Source: a virus. From it: a DNA stretch of 51,462 nt. Under the pieces are notes generated by a model, which saw only the letters and a list, made by a program, of their open reading frames with translations, made no database searches and was not told where the DNA came from. Within the stretch, counting starts at the first letter, position 1. Every line of letters starts with the position of its first letter. The translations under genes were made by a program, and so were the position numbers. Of the stretch, positions 39,048 to 47,732 are shown one piece after another. The stretch is from UHGV virus genome UHGV-0127437; one strand, given 5' to 3'.

Positions 39048-40042
39048 AAAAATTTCTCCCATGCTTCAGCACTGTTCCAGTGCGGGCCGGTTTCGGATTT
39101 GCTTGCGCTGACATCTGCGCGTGGCTTGCGGGTAGTGTCTTCACGGTGAAGGGTTAACGTGTCCCACTTGGCGCGGAGCTTTGCGGGGGAGAGAATATTT
39201 TTGTACCAGAACGAGTCTTTGCAGGCCCATCTGAACAACTCACAAATCTCTTTGTGGGTGCGTCCGTCCAGCTGGCGCATCAGGCGTATGTCATTCGCCC
39301 AGCCAGCCATGTTTGGTTTTTTCAGGGATGGTTTGGTGATGTCACGCAGCGCCAGCATCCACTCTGCGCAGCGGAGATCGTCAGATGTCCCCCACTTGTC
39401 ACCTTTCGGAGTCTGGACTGCTGCATCAGGAACAACTTTGGAAATTCTCTGACGTACATTAAATACGTTAGTATTTAATATATATTGTTCATGATGTGCG
39501 CTTGTTTGTGCGGATGTATGTGCGCTTTCATGTGCGCTACCTACCGCCAAACCCGCGCCGTTACTGGCTTCGCCATGTGCGGGCATATGTGCGCTGGTAT
39601 GTGCGGAAGTTTGTGCGGGCAAATTGTCCATTTTTTGAGCATATTCGGCATAATTTGAGATCGTGATCACACGCCCTCTTTGCCGCTCCCCTTCAATGGA
39701 AATCATCCCTTCACGCACAAAAAACGTCAGCATTCTCTCAACAGCATCACGGCTTGTTGGGTTGCCTTTTCTGTCACGTAGTTTCAGGCCCAGATCGGCC
39801 GCCGTGGTCACCAGTTGTCCGGTTTGTAGCGGCCATTGGCGACCTTTAAAGCTCGCTGTGTATGGCTGGCTGGCAGCGCCCAAAAGCAGGTTATCCCACA
39901 ACGTACGCAGGTAAACATCTTCTGACCAGGGCTGCTTGAGTACACTCCGGTACAACGGGATGAATCCGGTCTTCTGGTTTTCCATCCGGTTGCTCCTGAC
40001 GGCGGTACGCGCCGCAAAATCGGCGTAGGCGACATTCGACAT
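39044..40042 (-). CDS. Replication initiator O-like origin-binding protein
   Basis: 332-aa ORF upstream of P; internal repetitive AHTSAH/SAHxSAH linker encoded by iteron array; ATG start. Confidence 0.7.
   Translation of the reverse strand: MSNVAYADFAARTAVRSNRMENQKTGFIPLYRSVLKQPWSEDVYLRTLWDNLLLGAASQPYTASFKGRQWPLQTGQLVTTAADLGLKLRDRKGNPTSRDAVERMLTFFVREGMISIEGERQRGRVITISNYAEYAQKMDNLPAQTSAHTSAHMPAHGEASNGAGLAVGSAHESAHTSAQTSAHHEQYILNTNVFNVRQRISKVVPDAAVQTPKGDKWGTSDDLRCAEWMLALRDITKPSLKKPNMAGWANDIRLMRQLDGRTHKEICELFRWACKDSFWYKNILSPAKLRAKWDTLTLHREDTTRKPRADVSASKSETGPHWNSAEAWEKFL
39495..39662. repeat. Origin of replication: two clusters of four 12-bp iterons (core tgtgcg) followed by AT-rich region, inside O gene
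   Basis: tgtgcg cores at 39495, 39507, 39519, 39531, 39576, 39588, 39600, 39613 with 12-bp periodicity; AT-rich stretch 39620-39662. Confidence 0.65.
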
Positions 40043-40157
40043 AGCTATGCCTCCCTTGCCTGGTGTTTTGAAAAACTCTTTGTCATAATGACCTCGTGAT
40101 TTCGCCTGGAATTACACCGAAGGCCGTCTGTGTTGGCGCACAGCGGTCTTCACCCTT

Positions 40158-40412
40158 TCAGAACAAGCCCTGTTGCCTGCCCCGTTTAGCCCGTTTTGAA
40201 TCAAACCGATCAGCCGGTAATGTTTGCTTTTCTGCCCACAATTTCGCGTGGCGTAAAACATCATCAAAAATCCTCCCCTTTCTGCTTGCCTGACTCATTC
40301 GCTTGTACATATCGACGGCCTGAAATGCCCCCCCCTGAGCCACCGCTACGGTGAAGCCCTGGCGGATCAACTCTTCCCGGACGTGCTTTTCTATGAACTC
40401 CAAATGATTCAT
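40158..40412 (-). CDS. Hypothetical protein
   Basis: 84-aa ORF, ATG start, between cII-position gene and O. Confidence 0.4.
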   Translation of the reverse strand: MNHLEFIEKHVREELIRQGFTVAVAQGGAFQAVDMYKRMSQASRKGRIFDDVLRHAKLWAEKQTLPADRFDSKRAKRGRQQGLF

Positions 40413-40421
40413 CTGGTAACC

Positions 40422-40964
40422 TCACATGACACCCGGCGCTATGGCCGCGATACCACTCAGAACCTGAACGACAGCATCACCCGGCAACATATTCAGCAGA
40501 TGCTCAATCCCTTCCCTGACCTCTTTCACCAGCTGATGCTTTGGCGCATTCAGCATTACGGCCTGTTTCGCCTCGCTGATTTCCTTCTCCATCGCTGCAA
40601 AACGCGTCATGAAACAATCCTGTCCGATAAGACGCCCACGAAATTCCATCGGCAAAACAGCCAGGATTGCAGGAGTCAGCTGGCGGATGTTTTCGCGCGC
40701 ATATCCGGTATCACTGTCCAGCCAGCGGAAAAGCTTCTGCCGCTTACGGCTCAAGTCATCAGGAAAATCCAACCCGGCGCCGCCCTGCCGTTCCCATTCT
40801 TCAACGATGATCCCGGCGACTACGTCCTGGTTGTCCAGCGATGCCGACCACGCACGAACGGCAGCACGAATCTGGTCATGCTTATCCGCCGGATCAGGCT
40901 GATTGCGATTTATCATCGTGGCCGGAGGAAACCCGGTATTTTGTTGAAATGAAATTGAATGCAC
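40422..40964 (-). CDS. YdaT-like protein at cII position (regulator/toxin-like family)
   Basis: 180-aa ORF immediately downstream of cro; segments EEWERQGG...LTPAILAVLPMEFRGRL resemble Rac prophage YdaT as recalled; GTG start with GAGGG RBS. Confidence 0.45.
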   Translation of the reverse strand: MHSISFQQNTGFPPATMINRNQPDPADKHDQIRAAVRAWSASLDNQDVVAGIIVEEWERQGGAGLDFPDDLSRKRQKLFRWLDSDTGYARENIRQLTPAILAVLPMEFRGRLIGQDCFMTRFAAMEKEISEAKQAVMLNAPKHQLVKEVREGIEHLLNMLPGDAVVQVLSGIAAIAPGVM

Positions 40965-40966
40965 GG

Positions 40967-41200
40967 TTACGCCCTCGCTTCCTGCGCCGGTAATCCATCC
41001 GTTGGGTTCGGATACAGATCAGGGCGCAATTCGTGAGGGGTAACACCGGTTATGCTGTGAATTTTTAATATGTAATCTGGCGGCACAATGCCTCTGTCGC
41101 GATGTTTCCAATGGCTAATTGACATACTGGTTACACCAAGTGCCATGCTTAACTTTCTCGCTGAACCAGCAGCCTTAATTGCTTTATCAAGTGCTGTCAT
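40967..41200 (-). CDS. Cro-like HTH transcriptional regulator
   Basis: 77-aa ORF divergent from cI-like gene; HTH segment ARKLSMALGVTSMSISHW; AGGAG RBS. Confidence 0.6.
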   Translation of the reverse strand: MTALDKAIKAAGSARKLSMALGVTSMSISHWKHRDRGIVPPDYILKIHSITGVTPHELRPDLYPNPTDGLPAQEARA

Positions 41201-41301
41201 TTTCTTCTCCTAACTATCAACGAAGAAAGTAAACCACAGATTTATATTTCAAGCAATATTCAATTTATTGAGTGTGTAAACTAACCATTTACAATGAGAG
41301 A

Positions 41302-41685
41302 ATGAGAAAAGAAGAACCCAACAAAGCATTGATAGCGCGACTCAATGAGGTCTATGCCAGAGGCATTACCAAAGCAGATATGGCGCGAATAGCCGGAGTC
41401 TCGCCTCAGGCGGTCAATAGCTGGTTTAAAAAAGGCGTTATTAGCAAAAAATCAGCACTGGCTATAGCCGATGCTGTTGGCGTTTCGATCGCCTGGCTAC
41501 TCGGGGAAGATGTCGGCGAGAAAGATGGTATGAAGCCCGACGAGCAGCGCCTGCTGGAACTCTATCGCCAGTTGCCGGAAGAAGAGCAGCAGAACATGTT
41601 GCGGATCGTGTCTCTGCGCCTTAAGGAACTCGACGAGCTGTACGCCAAGTACATGGGACGGCGGATTAAGGGTGATGCGGAATAA
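41302..41685 (+). CDS. CI-like prophage repressor, HTH (XRE family) without S24 peptidase domain
   Basis: 127-aa from ATG at 41302 (track GTG at 41272); HTH ITKADMARIAGVSPQAVNSWFK; too short to contain LexA-like autocleavage domain. Confidence 0.65.
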   Translation: MRKEEPNKALIARLNEVYARGITKADMARIAGVSPQAVNSWFKKGVISKKSALAIADAVGVSIAWLLGEDVGEKDGMKPDEQRLLELYRQLPEEEQQNMLRIVSLRLKELDELYAKYMGRRIKGDAE

Positions 41686-41777
41686 CTCCCCACGGAGAGC
41701 TTATGAGGCTGGGTATTGCACATAGGCCATACGAACCACCTCTGGGTAGAAAACTTAAATAAAATTTAATAGTGGGA

Positions 41778-42692
41778 ATGGTAATGGAAGCACCTTATCA
41801 ATTAGAATTCACTGAAAACATTTATTATTCAATAGGTAATAACCCCAGCATTAAAGAAATCATTGAGTCTCTTCAAGGCTGGGAAGCTATTATCAAACAA
41901 TCTAAAGGAGTCCTTGCAGAGCTAACTGGAAGTGATATCCTGGATATTGAAGTTAGGGTTCAAAAGTTAGAAGTCGGGAGCCTAACTGAAAAAATTCTTA
42001 TCAAGTTAGGTTTTGGCAACGAAGAGAATTTTGATAAATTTCTCGAAAATGCGCATGAAAGGTACATCGGAGAAGGAAAAATGCGTAGCGCCTTAGTTTG
42101 GACGGTTATAGCAGGTGTACTCGCCACGGGTATGTATTTAGCCGTCAAAAACATGGCACCCAATAATGCCTCCCACTTCGAAGCAAATAATAATATAATC
42201 ATTAACATAGGTGCTGGCGAAACTAACATTTCACCTGAAAGAATACAGTCGGTGCTCAATAGTACATTAGTTGATAAAAAAACCGCTGCCAAAGGTGCTG
42301 TCAAAATTTTATCTCCAGCGCGAAATGACGAAAATGCAACATTAATGATAGGTAGCGATAACACTTCCGTAACAATACCTTCAGATTTAATCTCTAAAAC
42401 ACCAACCGAGGTTAGTTTTGAAGCTGATACATATACTCGAGACCATTACGATGTTGACCTTGAGATAAGAGCTCTTGATCTCGACAATCCGACAAAGGGA
42501 TGGGCTGCCGTGATTCCTGGCTTAGTTGATCGAAGGGTAAAACTAGTTTTGGCACCCGGGATTAAACCAGAAGACCTATCCCATAAATTCGCCTTCCGCG
42601 CTGATGTAACCATTACTTATAAACTTACGTCATCTAAAGGCGAAGCATACAAGCCAACAGAAATATTTTTAAGCAAATTAATCGCGGAATGA
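41778..42692 (+). CDS. Hypothetical single-TM protein downstream of repressor (rexAB-position cargo; candidate exclusion/abortive-infection gene)
   Basis: ~305-aa AT-rich ORF co-oriented with cI, one central hydrophobic helix (LVWTVIAGVLATGMYLAV), followed by strong terminator. Confidence 0.5.
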   Translation: MVMEAPYQLEFTENIYYSIGNNPSIKEIIESLQGWEAIIKQSKGVLAELTGSDILDIEVRVQKLEVGSLTEKILIKLGFGNEENFDKFLENAHERYIGEGKMRSALVWTVIAGVLATGMYLAVKNMAPNNASHFEANNNIIINIGAGETNISPERIQSVLNSTLVDKKTAAKGAVKILSPARNDENATLMIGSDNTSVTIPSDLISKTPTEVSFEADTYTRDHYDVDLEIRALDLDNPTKGWAAVIPGLVDRRVKLVLAPGIKPEDLSHKFAFRADVTITYKLTSSKGEAYKPTEIFLSKLIAE

Positions 42693-42696
42693 AATT

Positions 42697-42722
42697 AACC
42701 CGGCCACCGCGCCGGGTTTTTA
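42697..42722 (+). terminator. Rho-independent terminator ending immunity-region transcript
   Basis: Stem cccggc/gccggg, 6-nt loop, T5 run immediately after stop codon of 306-aa gene. Confidence 0.7.
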
Positions 42723-43037
42723 TTGCCCTTTCCTCACAAACTCCGCAGCATCCCTCTTTGCGCCCTTGACTGTTTAGCAGCTATACACGCTACATCTACT
42801 TAATCAGGCTATCCTTGTTGATATATGATGCAAATAATCAGTTGGGAAATAATAAGAGAGTATCTGATAGTATGCCTGGTAACTGTTGTTATGGTCGCCG
42901 CGATTTCACTGGTTATGCTGGCCTGGTGAATTTTGCAGGGGTCTTTTCCCTGAAACATGCGCGACAACACACTCTGGTAAGACAAGCTCTGTTATGGTGC
43001 ATGAACAAGAAATAACAGCACCATATATCCGACTTAC

Positions 43038-43072
43038 AGCCCGGATTACGACACGTTCCGGGCTTTTTTTTT
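43038..43072 (+). terminator. Strong rho-independent terminator
   Basis: Stem gcccgga/tccgggc with 11-nt loop followed by T9. Confidence 0.75.
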
Positions 43073-43075
43073 GCC

Positions 43076-43285
43076 CTATTCTTCCAGCAACTTCACCGCC
43101 AGTTCCATCGCCTGAATCTGGTCAGCATCCCACTTATCCAGCCCCTTCGATATCTCCGTTCGTATCACGTCAGCTATAGCCACTCTTTTGGTTTCATGCC
43201 CTTCAGCCACCATCGCAAACACAACATCACCCACAATCCGGCACATTTCCTGATAGCGCAACTGCGCCAGTTCCTCGTAATCCAT
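43076..43285 (-). CDS. Hypothetical small acidic protein
   Basis: 69-aa ORF from ATG at 43285 with GAGGG RBS (track start is GTG at 43327). Confidence 0.4.
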   Translation of the reverse strand: MDYEELAQLRYQEMCRIVGDVVFAMVAEGHETKRVAIADVIRTEISKGLDKWDADQIQAMELAVKLLEE

Positions 43286-43558
43286 CACTAACCCTCGGCA
43301 ATTGATGTTTTTGTGAGCATAACACACGCTCCCTCTCCCAACATATAAACCTAAAATTTACACCAAACATTAATTGAAAGTTGACACAACTATAAACCAG
43401 TGATTTAATCAATATCACAGCAACACGACCACCCAGGCAGGACGCCCACGAAGTAGCCGTCCGGGGCATACGAAGACCGGAATGAGGTGGATGAGTTAAC
43501 GCGCAGCAGGTATCAAACGTTCCGCCAGCCGGGCGACAACGGCAAGCAGAGGGTGAAA

Positions 43559-43831
43559 ATGAAAATTGATTTAGATCTCAAGGCGCAGGGAGTTGACGTT
43601 TCAACCAGCGGTTATCGCGATTTTGTTAACGCCGAAATTCGCGGCGTTGAAGTGGATGATGTGCTGGAAGAAATCGAAAGCGATGTACTGTTCGCTGCCA
43701 TCGACCTGCCGGATTACATCGACTGGGCTGACAACAACAGCAAGTTACCGGAAATTCTGGATCGTCTTTCTCCTGACGAGGTCATTAGCTGGCTTCGCGA
43801 TAACGGGCATCTGGAGGATAACGATGATTAA
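43559..43831 (+). CDS. Hypothetical acidic protein, first gene of early-left operon
   Basis: ATG at 43559 with GAGGGTG RBS (track start is GTG at 43487). Confidence 0.45.
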   Translation: MKIDLDLKAQGVDVSTSGYRDFVNAEIRGVEVDDVLEEIESDVLFAAIDLPDYIDWADNNSKLPEILDRLSPDEVISWLRDNGHLEDNDD

Positions 43832-43951
43832 CCAGCAGCAAGTCCGGGAGGCTCAACGCCTTGCATGGTTCGCCGTTCGGCATCGCAATATCCAGGTATG
43901 GGAAGAAGCCAAACGTATTTACGCACTTGCTATCGGGAGGACTCTTCACTG

Positions 43952-44137
43952 ATGGAGACGCTATTCGCACTGGTATTAACGGTCGCAATGACCAACGGTG
44001 ACTTTCAGGATGTGATTCTCGGTGTATATGACAACCAGCAGGAATGCCAGGCCGCAGCTGTCGAGCAAAAGGTTAATGGTGAGTGCTGGCCTGTTGAGGG
44101 AATTATTCGCAACGGAGAGCTGCCAGCAAGCATCTGA
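43952..44137 (+). CDS. Hypothetical small protein with hydrophobic N-terminus
   Basis: 61-aa ORF from in-frame ATG at 43952 overlapping upstream small ORF stop. Confidence 0.35.
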   Translation: METLFALVLTVAMTNGDFQDVILGVYDNQQECQAAAVEQKVNGECWPVEGIIRNGELPASI

Positions 44138-44146
44138 GGAGGGGTA

Positions 44147-44305
44147 ATGCAGAAAGAATGCGGTTACTGCCGCAAACCCGTTGAAGAAGGCAAAGAAGTA
44201 AAGAGCATCCTTTTCTATCGCAATGGCAACCGGCTTGCCAACAAAGAAAAAGAATACTGCTCAAAGCAATGCGCTGAATACGATCAGATGGCGCACGAAA
44301 GTTAA
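44147..44305 (+). CDS. Hypothetical 52-aa Cys-rich (zinc-ribbon-like) protein
   Basis: ATG preceded by GAGGAGGGG RBS; CGYC...CSKQC pattern; below the track length cutoff, translated by hand. Confidence 0.35.
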   Translation: MQKECGYCRKPVEEGKEVKSILFYRNGNRLANKEKEYCSKQCAEYDQMAHES

Positions 44306-44392
44306 CCAGCAGTCCTGAAATATGAAACAAAAAATTCGCCATTAATTTGGCGCGGCTTCTTACACCCTGAATTTAACAACCGGAGAAGTTTT

Positions 44393-44680
44393 ATGGAAAT
44401 CGTAAAAATCGAAATGAACCTGAAAGCAGTGAATAAAGAATTGGCTGTATTCAACTGCGAGAAGAAAGTATCAGGCGTTATTCATTCAGCCGAAACGGGC
44501 GCGGTCACGGTCATTCTTGACGGTGGCTATGTATTCGGCAAGTTCGACTGTCCTCTTTGTGCTGTAGAGGCAATTTCAATGCTGTCCGTAAAAGTAAGTG
44601 ATGGCGATAACGCCGGGTTTGGCAACTACCGCAGCTACAAACTCGATTACTCAGAAAAGGTTTTCAGCACCGTTCATTAA
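44393..44680 (+). CDS. Hypothetical protein
   Basis: 95-aa ORF, ATG start, early-left operon. Confidence 0.4.
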   Translation: MEIVKIEMNLKAVNKELAVFNCEKKVSGVIHSAETGAVTVILDGGYVFGKFDCPLCAVEAISMLSVKVSDGDNAGFGNYRSYKLDYSEKVFSTVH

Positions 44681-44807
44681 GCAAAAGCCCACACGAAGTG
44701 GGCCTGCCCGTCCGGCGTCACCGACCAAAGCGAACCGGACATTTCTACCTGGTAAAACCGAGGTGCCATTAAGGCGCCTCCATTCTACACGAATTGAGGA
44801 TAAAATA

Positions 44808-47720
44808 ATGAGTGGAACTAATCCTGTATTTTTAGTCCGCAAAGCAAAGAAATCATCAGGCCAGAAAGATGCAGTTCTCTGGTGCAGCGATGATCTTGAA
44901 GCGGCAAATGCCACACTGGATTATCTCCTGATTAAATCCGGCGCAAAGCTGAAAGATTATTTTAAAGCTGTTGCCACTAATTTCCCCGTCGTTAACGAGC
45001 TTCCGCCAGAAGGCGAACTCAGCTTAACGTTCTGCGATTTCTACCAGCTTGGAAGCGACAACATGACCTGGGCGCAGATCCCCGGTGTTACGTTGCCCTC
45101 TTCTGATGCTGCCGCCGAAGCACGTCAGCATATCGTTAACGGTGTTGATACCGAAACAGGTGAAGTGCTGGAAGATCACACAGAAGAAGTTGTTGATACC
45201 GAAACTGGCGAAATTACCCAGCACGAACAGCCGTCAACTGAAGACAATGGCGATCGACCTGAACACCCTCAGTTAACTGTTGTGGCAACGATGCCCTTCC
45301 GTCATCGCGTTCTGGCTCAACATATTGGCGATGGCGAGTATCTCTATCATGTCGATGAAGAGCAGAAAAAAGCAATTCTCGCTCTGGAAATGGACACTGA
45401 TAACTCATATGTCCAGAACCTTTTACTTGCGTCTGAGAATGTTGAACCATTCAAAAAGGCCATTGAACACGATATCCATAAAGCGGTAAATGCTGTTAAG
45501 AACGTGTTTCCTGCCGATGGCAAAATCCCTGAGCTGGCAAGCGTTATCCAGTTTCTGAAAACATGGTTCGATACCCCTCATATTGATCGCGGGCTGCTCG
45601 TTAAAGAGTGGTGCAAAGGTAATCGTGTATCAGCTATTCAGCGTACTGAAAGCGGCGCGAACGCTGGCGGCGGAATTGCATCCGATCGCAAAATGCCCCA
45701 GACCACTCTCGGTCTTGAATTTGAAATAGCCTTAGGCCTGCTGGCGCGTCAGTATGAATTTGATATTTATTCTCTGCCATTGCAGATCGAACTAAAGGCT
45801 AATTCAATCATGAACGCAGTTGACGACCCTGAGTGGCTGGCAACGCGCGAACTGTTCGTGTCAATGCCTGGTGGTCTGGACTATTCCCGCGCATGCATCG
45901 TTGCAACGGTAAAAACCACACCAGATGAACTGTACAAATCCCCATTTCGCCACCGCGAGTACCTGAATAAGGTGCTGACAGAAACTGACCATGCCAATCC
46001 CGATCCGCTTGTCGTTGATATTGCCTGCGGACGTTCGTCCATGCCTATGCCAACGCCAGTAAGACAGGATGAACCATCCGTTGAAGAAGTAAACCGACAA
46101 CTCGCAGCTGCGCGCGGTGATTACGTTGAAGGTATCAGTGACCCTAACGATCCGAAGTGGGTTCATGAAGACTACAACGCCGCCTCAAATGAGGGAGAAA
46201 AAACGGAAAATGAGGACGTCGCCGATGTGCAGGTTCAAGAAACTGACGGTAATGAAGAACAGGCTGGTGATGCGCTGCGTACAAGCGAAAGCGATCTGGG
46301 GAATGGTGAAGAAGCAGATACCGGCGAACAAGCCGATGTAGACCACAATCAACCGGAAGTGAGCCAGAACAACGATTCTGCAAGCCATTCTGAGCCAGAA
46401 GCGCAACAGGAAGAACCAATGCCAGTGTGGCCGGAATACTTCGAGCCGGGGCGTTATGAAGGCGTACCGAACGAGGTATATCACGCGGCGAATGGCACCA
46501 GTTCGACGATGGTAAAAGATGCCCGGGTATCGCTGATGTATTTCGAGGCGCGCCACGTATCCAAAACCATCCAGAAAGAACGCACCAAAGTCCTGGATAT
46601 GGGGAATCTGGTGCACGCGCTGGCATTACAGCCTGAACAACTGGAAAAAGAGTTCAGCATCGAGCCGGAAATCCCGGAAGGTGCGCTCACGACGACAGCG
46701 ACGATCCGCGCGGTTATCGACGAACACAACGCCAGCCTGCCGGCATTACTCACCGCAGACGATATCAAAGCGTTGCTGGAAGAATACAACGCCACCCTGC
46801 CCGCGCCATTACCGCTTGGGGCATCCGTTGACGAAGCGTATGCGTCATATGAGCAACTCCCGGAAGAGTTCCAGCGCATCGAAAACGGGACTAAGCATAC
46901 AGCAGCGGCAATGAAGGCCTGCATCAAAGAATACAACGCCACCCTGCCGCCGCAGGTGAAAACCAGCGGAAGCCGTGACGCGCTGCTTGAGCAACTGGCG
47001 ATCATCAACCCTGACCTGGTCGCACAGGAAGCACAGAAGCCACAGCCGTTGAAAGTATCCGGCACCAAAGCGGATCTGATTCAGGCAGTGAAATCCGTCA
47101 AACCTGAAACAGTGTTTGCCGACGAGCTGCTTGACGCATGGCGCGAAAACCCCGGCGATAAAATTCTGGTTACCCGCCAGCAGTTGAGCACCGCGCAGGC
47201 CATCCAGAAAGCGCTGCTGAATCACCCGACCGCCGGGAAGCTGCTGACGCATCCGAACCGCGCCGTAGAGGTGAGCTATTTCGGTATTGATGAGGAAACC
47301 GGGCTGGAAATCCGCGTGCGCCCAGACCTTGAAATCGACATGGGCGGCCTGCGCATCGGTGCGGACCTGAAAACCATCAGCATGTGGAATATCAAGCAGG
47401 AAGGCCTGCGCGCCAAACTGCACCGGGAAATCATCGAGCGCGATTATCACCTGAGCGCTGCCATGTACTGCGAAACCGCAGCGCTGGACCAGTTTTTCTG
47501 GATATTCGTCAACAAAGACGAGAACTACCACTGGATCGCCATCGTCGAGGTATCCGAAGAGTTGCTGGAACTCGGCATGCTGGAATACCGCAAAGCAATG
47601 CGCGCCATAGCGAACGGGTTCGACACTGGCGAATGGCCAGCGCCGATTACCGAAGATTACGCCGAAGAACTCAACGATTTTGATGTGCGCCGCCTTGAAG
47701 CGCTGCGCGTACAGGCATAA
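44808..47720 (+). CDS. RecE-like exonuclease VIII (large early recombination protein)
   Basis: ~970-aa ORF from ATG at 44808 with GAGGA RBS, immediately upstream of RecT-like gene as in Rac recET; contains internal EYNATLP repeats. Confidence 0.55.
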   Translation: MSGTNPVFLVRKAKKSSGQKDAVLWCSDDLEAANATLDYLLIKSGAKLKDYFKAVATNFPVVNELPPEGELSLTFCDFYQLGSDNMTWAQIPGVTLPSSDAAAEARQHIVNGVDTETGEVLEDHTEEVVDTETGEITQHEQPSTEDNGDRPEHPQLTVVATMPFRHRVLAQHIGDGEYLYHVDEEQKKAILALEMDTDNSYVQNLLLASENVEPFKKAIEHDIHKAVNAVKNVFPADGKIPELASVIQFLKTWFDTPHIDRGLLVKEWCKGNRVSAIQRTESGANAGGGIASDRKMPQTTLGLEFEIALGLLARQYEFDIYSLPLQIELKANSIMNAVDDPEWLATRELFVSMPGGLDYSRACIVATVKTTPDELYKSPFRHREYLNKVLTETDHANPDPLVVDIACGRSSMPMPTPVRQDEPSVEEVNRQLAAARGDYVEGISDPNDPKWVHEDYNAASNEGEKTENEDVADVQVQETDGNEEQAGDALRTSESDLGNGEEADTGEQADVDHNQPEVSQNNDSASHSEPEAQQEEPMPVWPEYFEPGRYEGVPNEVYHAANGTSSTMVKDARVSLMYFEARHVSKTIQKERTKVLDMGNLVHALALQPEQLEKEFSIEPEIPEGALTTTATIRAVIDEHNASLPALLTADDIKALLEEYNATLPAPLPLGASVDEAYASYEQLPEEFQRIENGTKHTAAAMKACIKEYNATLPPQVKTSGSRDALLEQLAIINPDLVAQEAQKPQPLKVSGTKADLIQAVKSVKPETVFADELLDAWRENPGDKILVTRQQLSTAQAIQKALLNHPTAGKLLTHPNRAVEVSYFGIDEETGLEIRVRPDLEIDMGGLRIGADLKTISMWNIKQEGLRAKLHREIIERDYHLSAAMYCETAALDQFFWIFVNKDENYHWIAIVEVSEELLELGMLEYRKAMRAIANGFDTGEWPAPITEDYAEELNDFDVRRLEALRVQA

Positions 47721-47732
47721 GGGGGAATAACA

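Noticed and set aside
41272-41301. Extended N-terminus of the repressor from the track start at 41272
   Set aside because: That start is GTG without an RBS; the in-frame ATG at 41302 gives a typical short HTH repressor.
42723-43480. A lambda N-like antiterminator gene in the early-left leader
   Set aside because: No Arg-rich small ORF is present on the plus strand; the only ORFs are weak (TTG-start) or on the opposite strand, so no N-like call was made.
45861-47531. Minus-strand ORFs (45861-46166, 46144-46626, 46481-47068, 46845-47531) inside the recE-like gene
   Set aside because: Antisense overlapping frames within a long plus-strand gene with RBS-supported start; no independent support.
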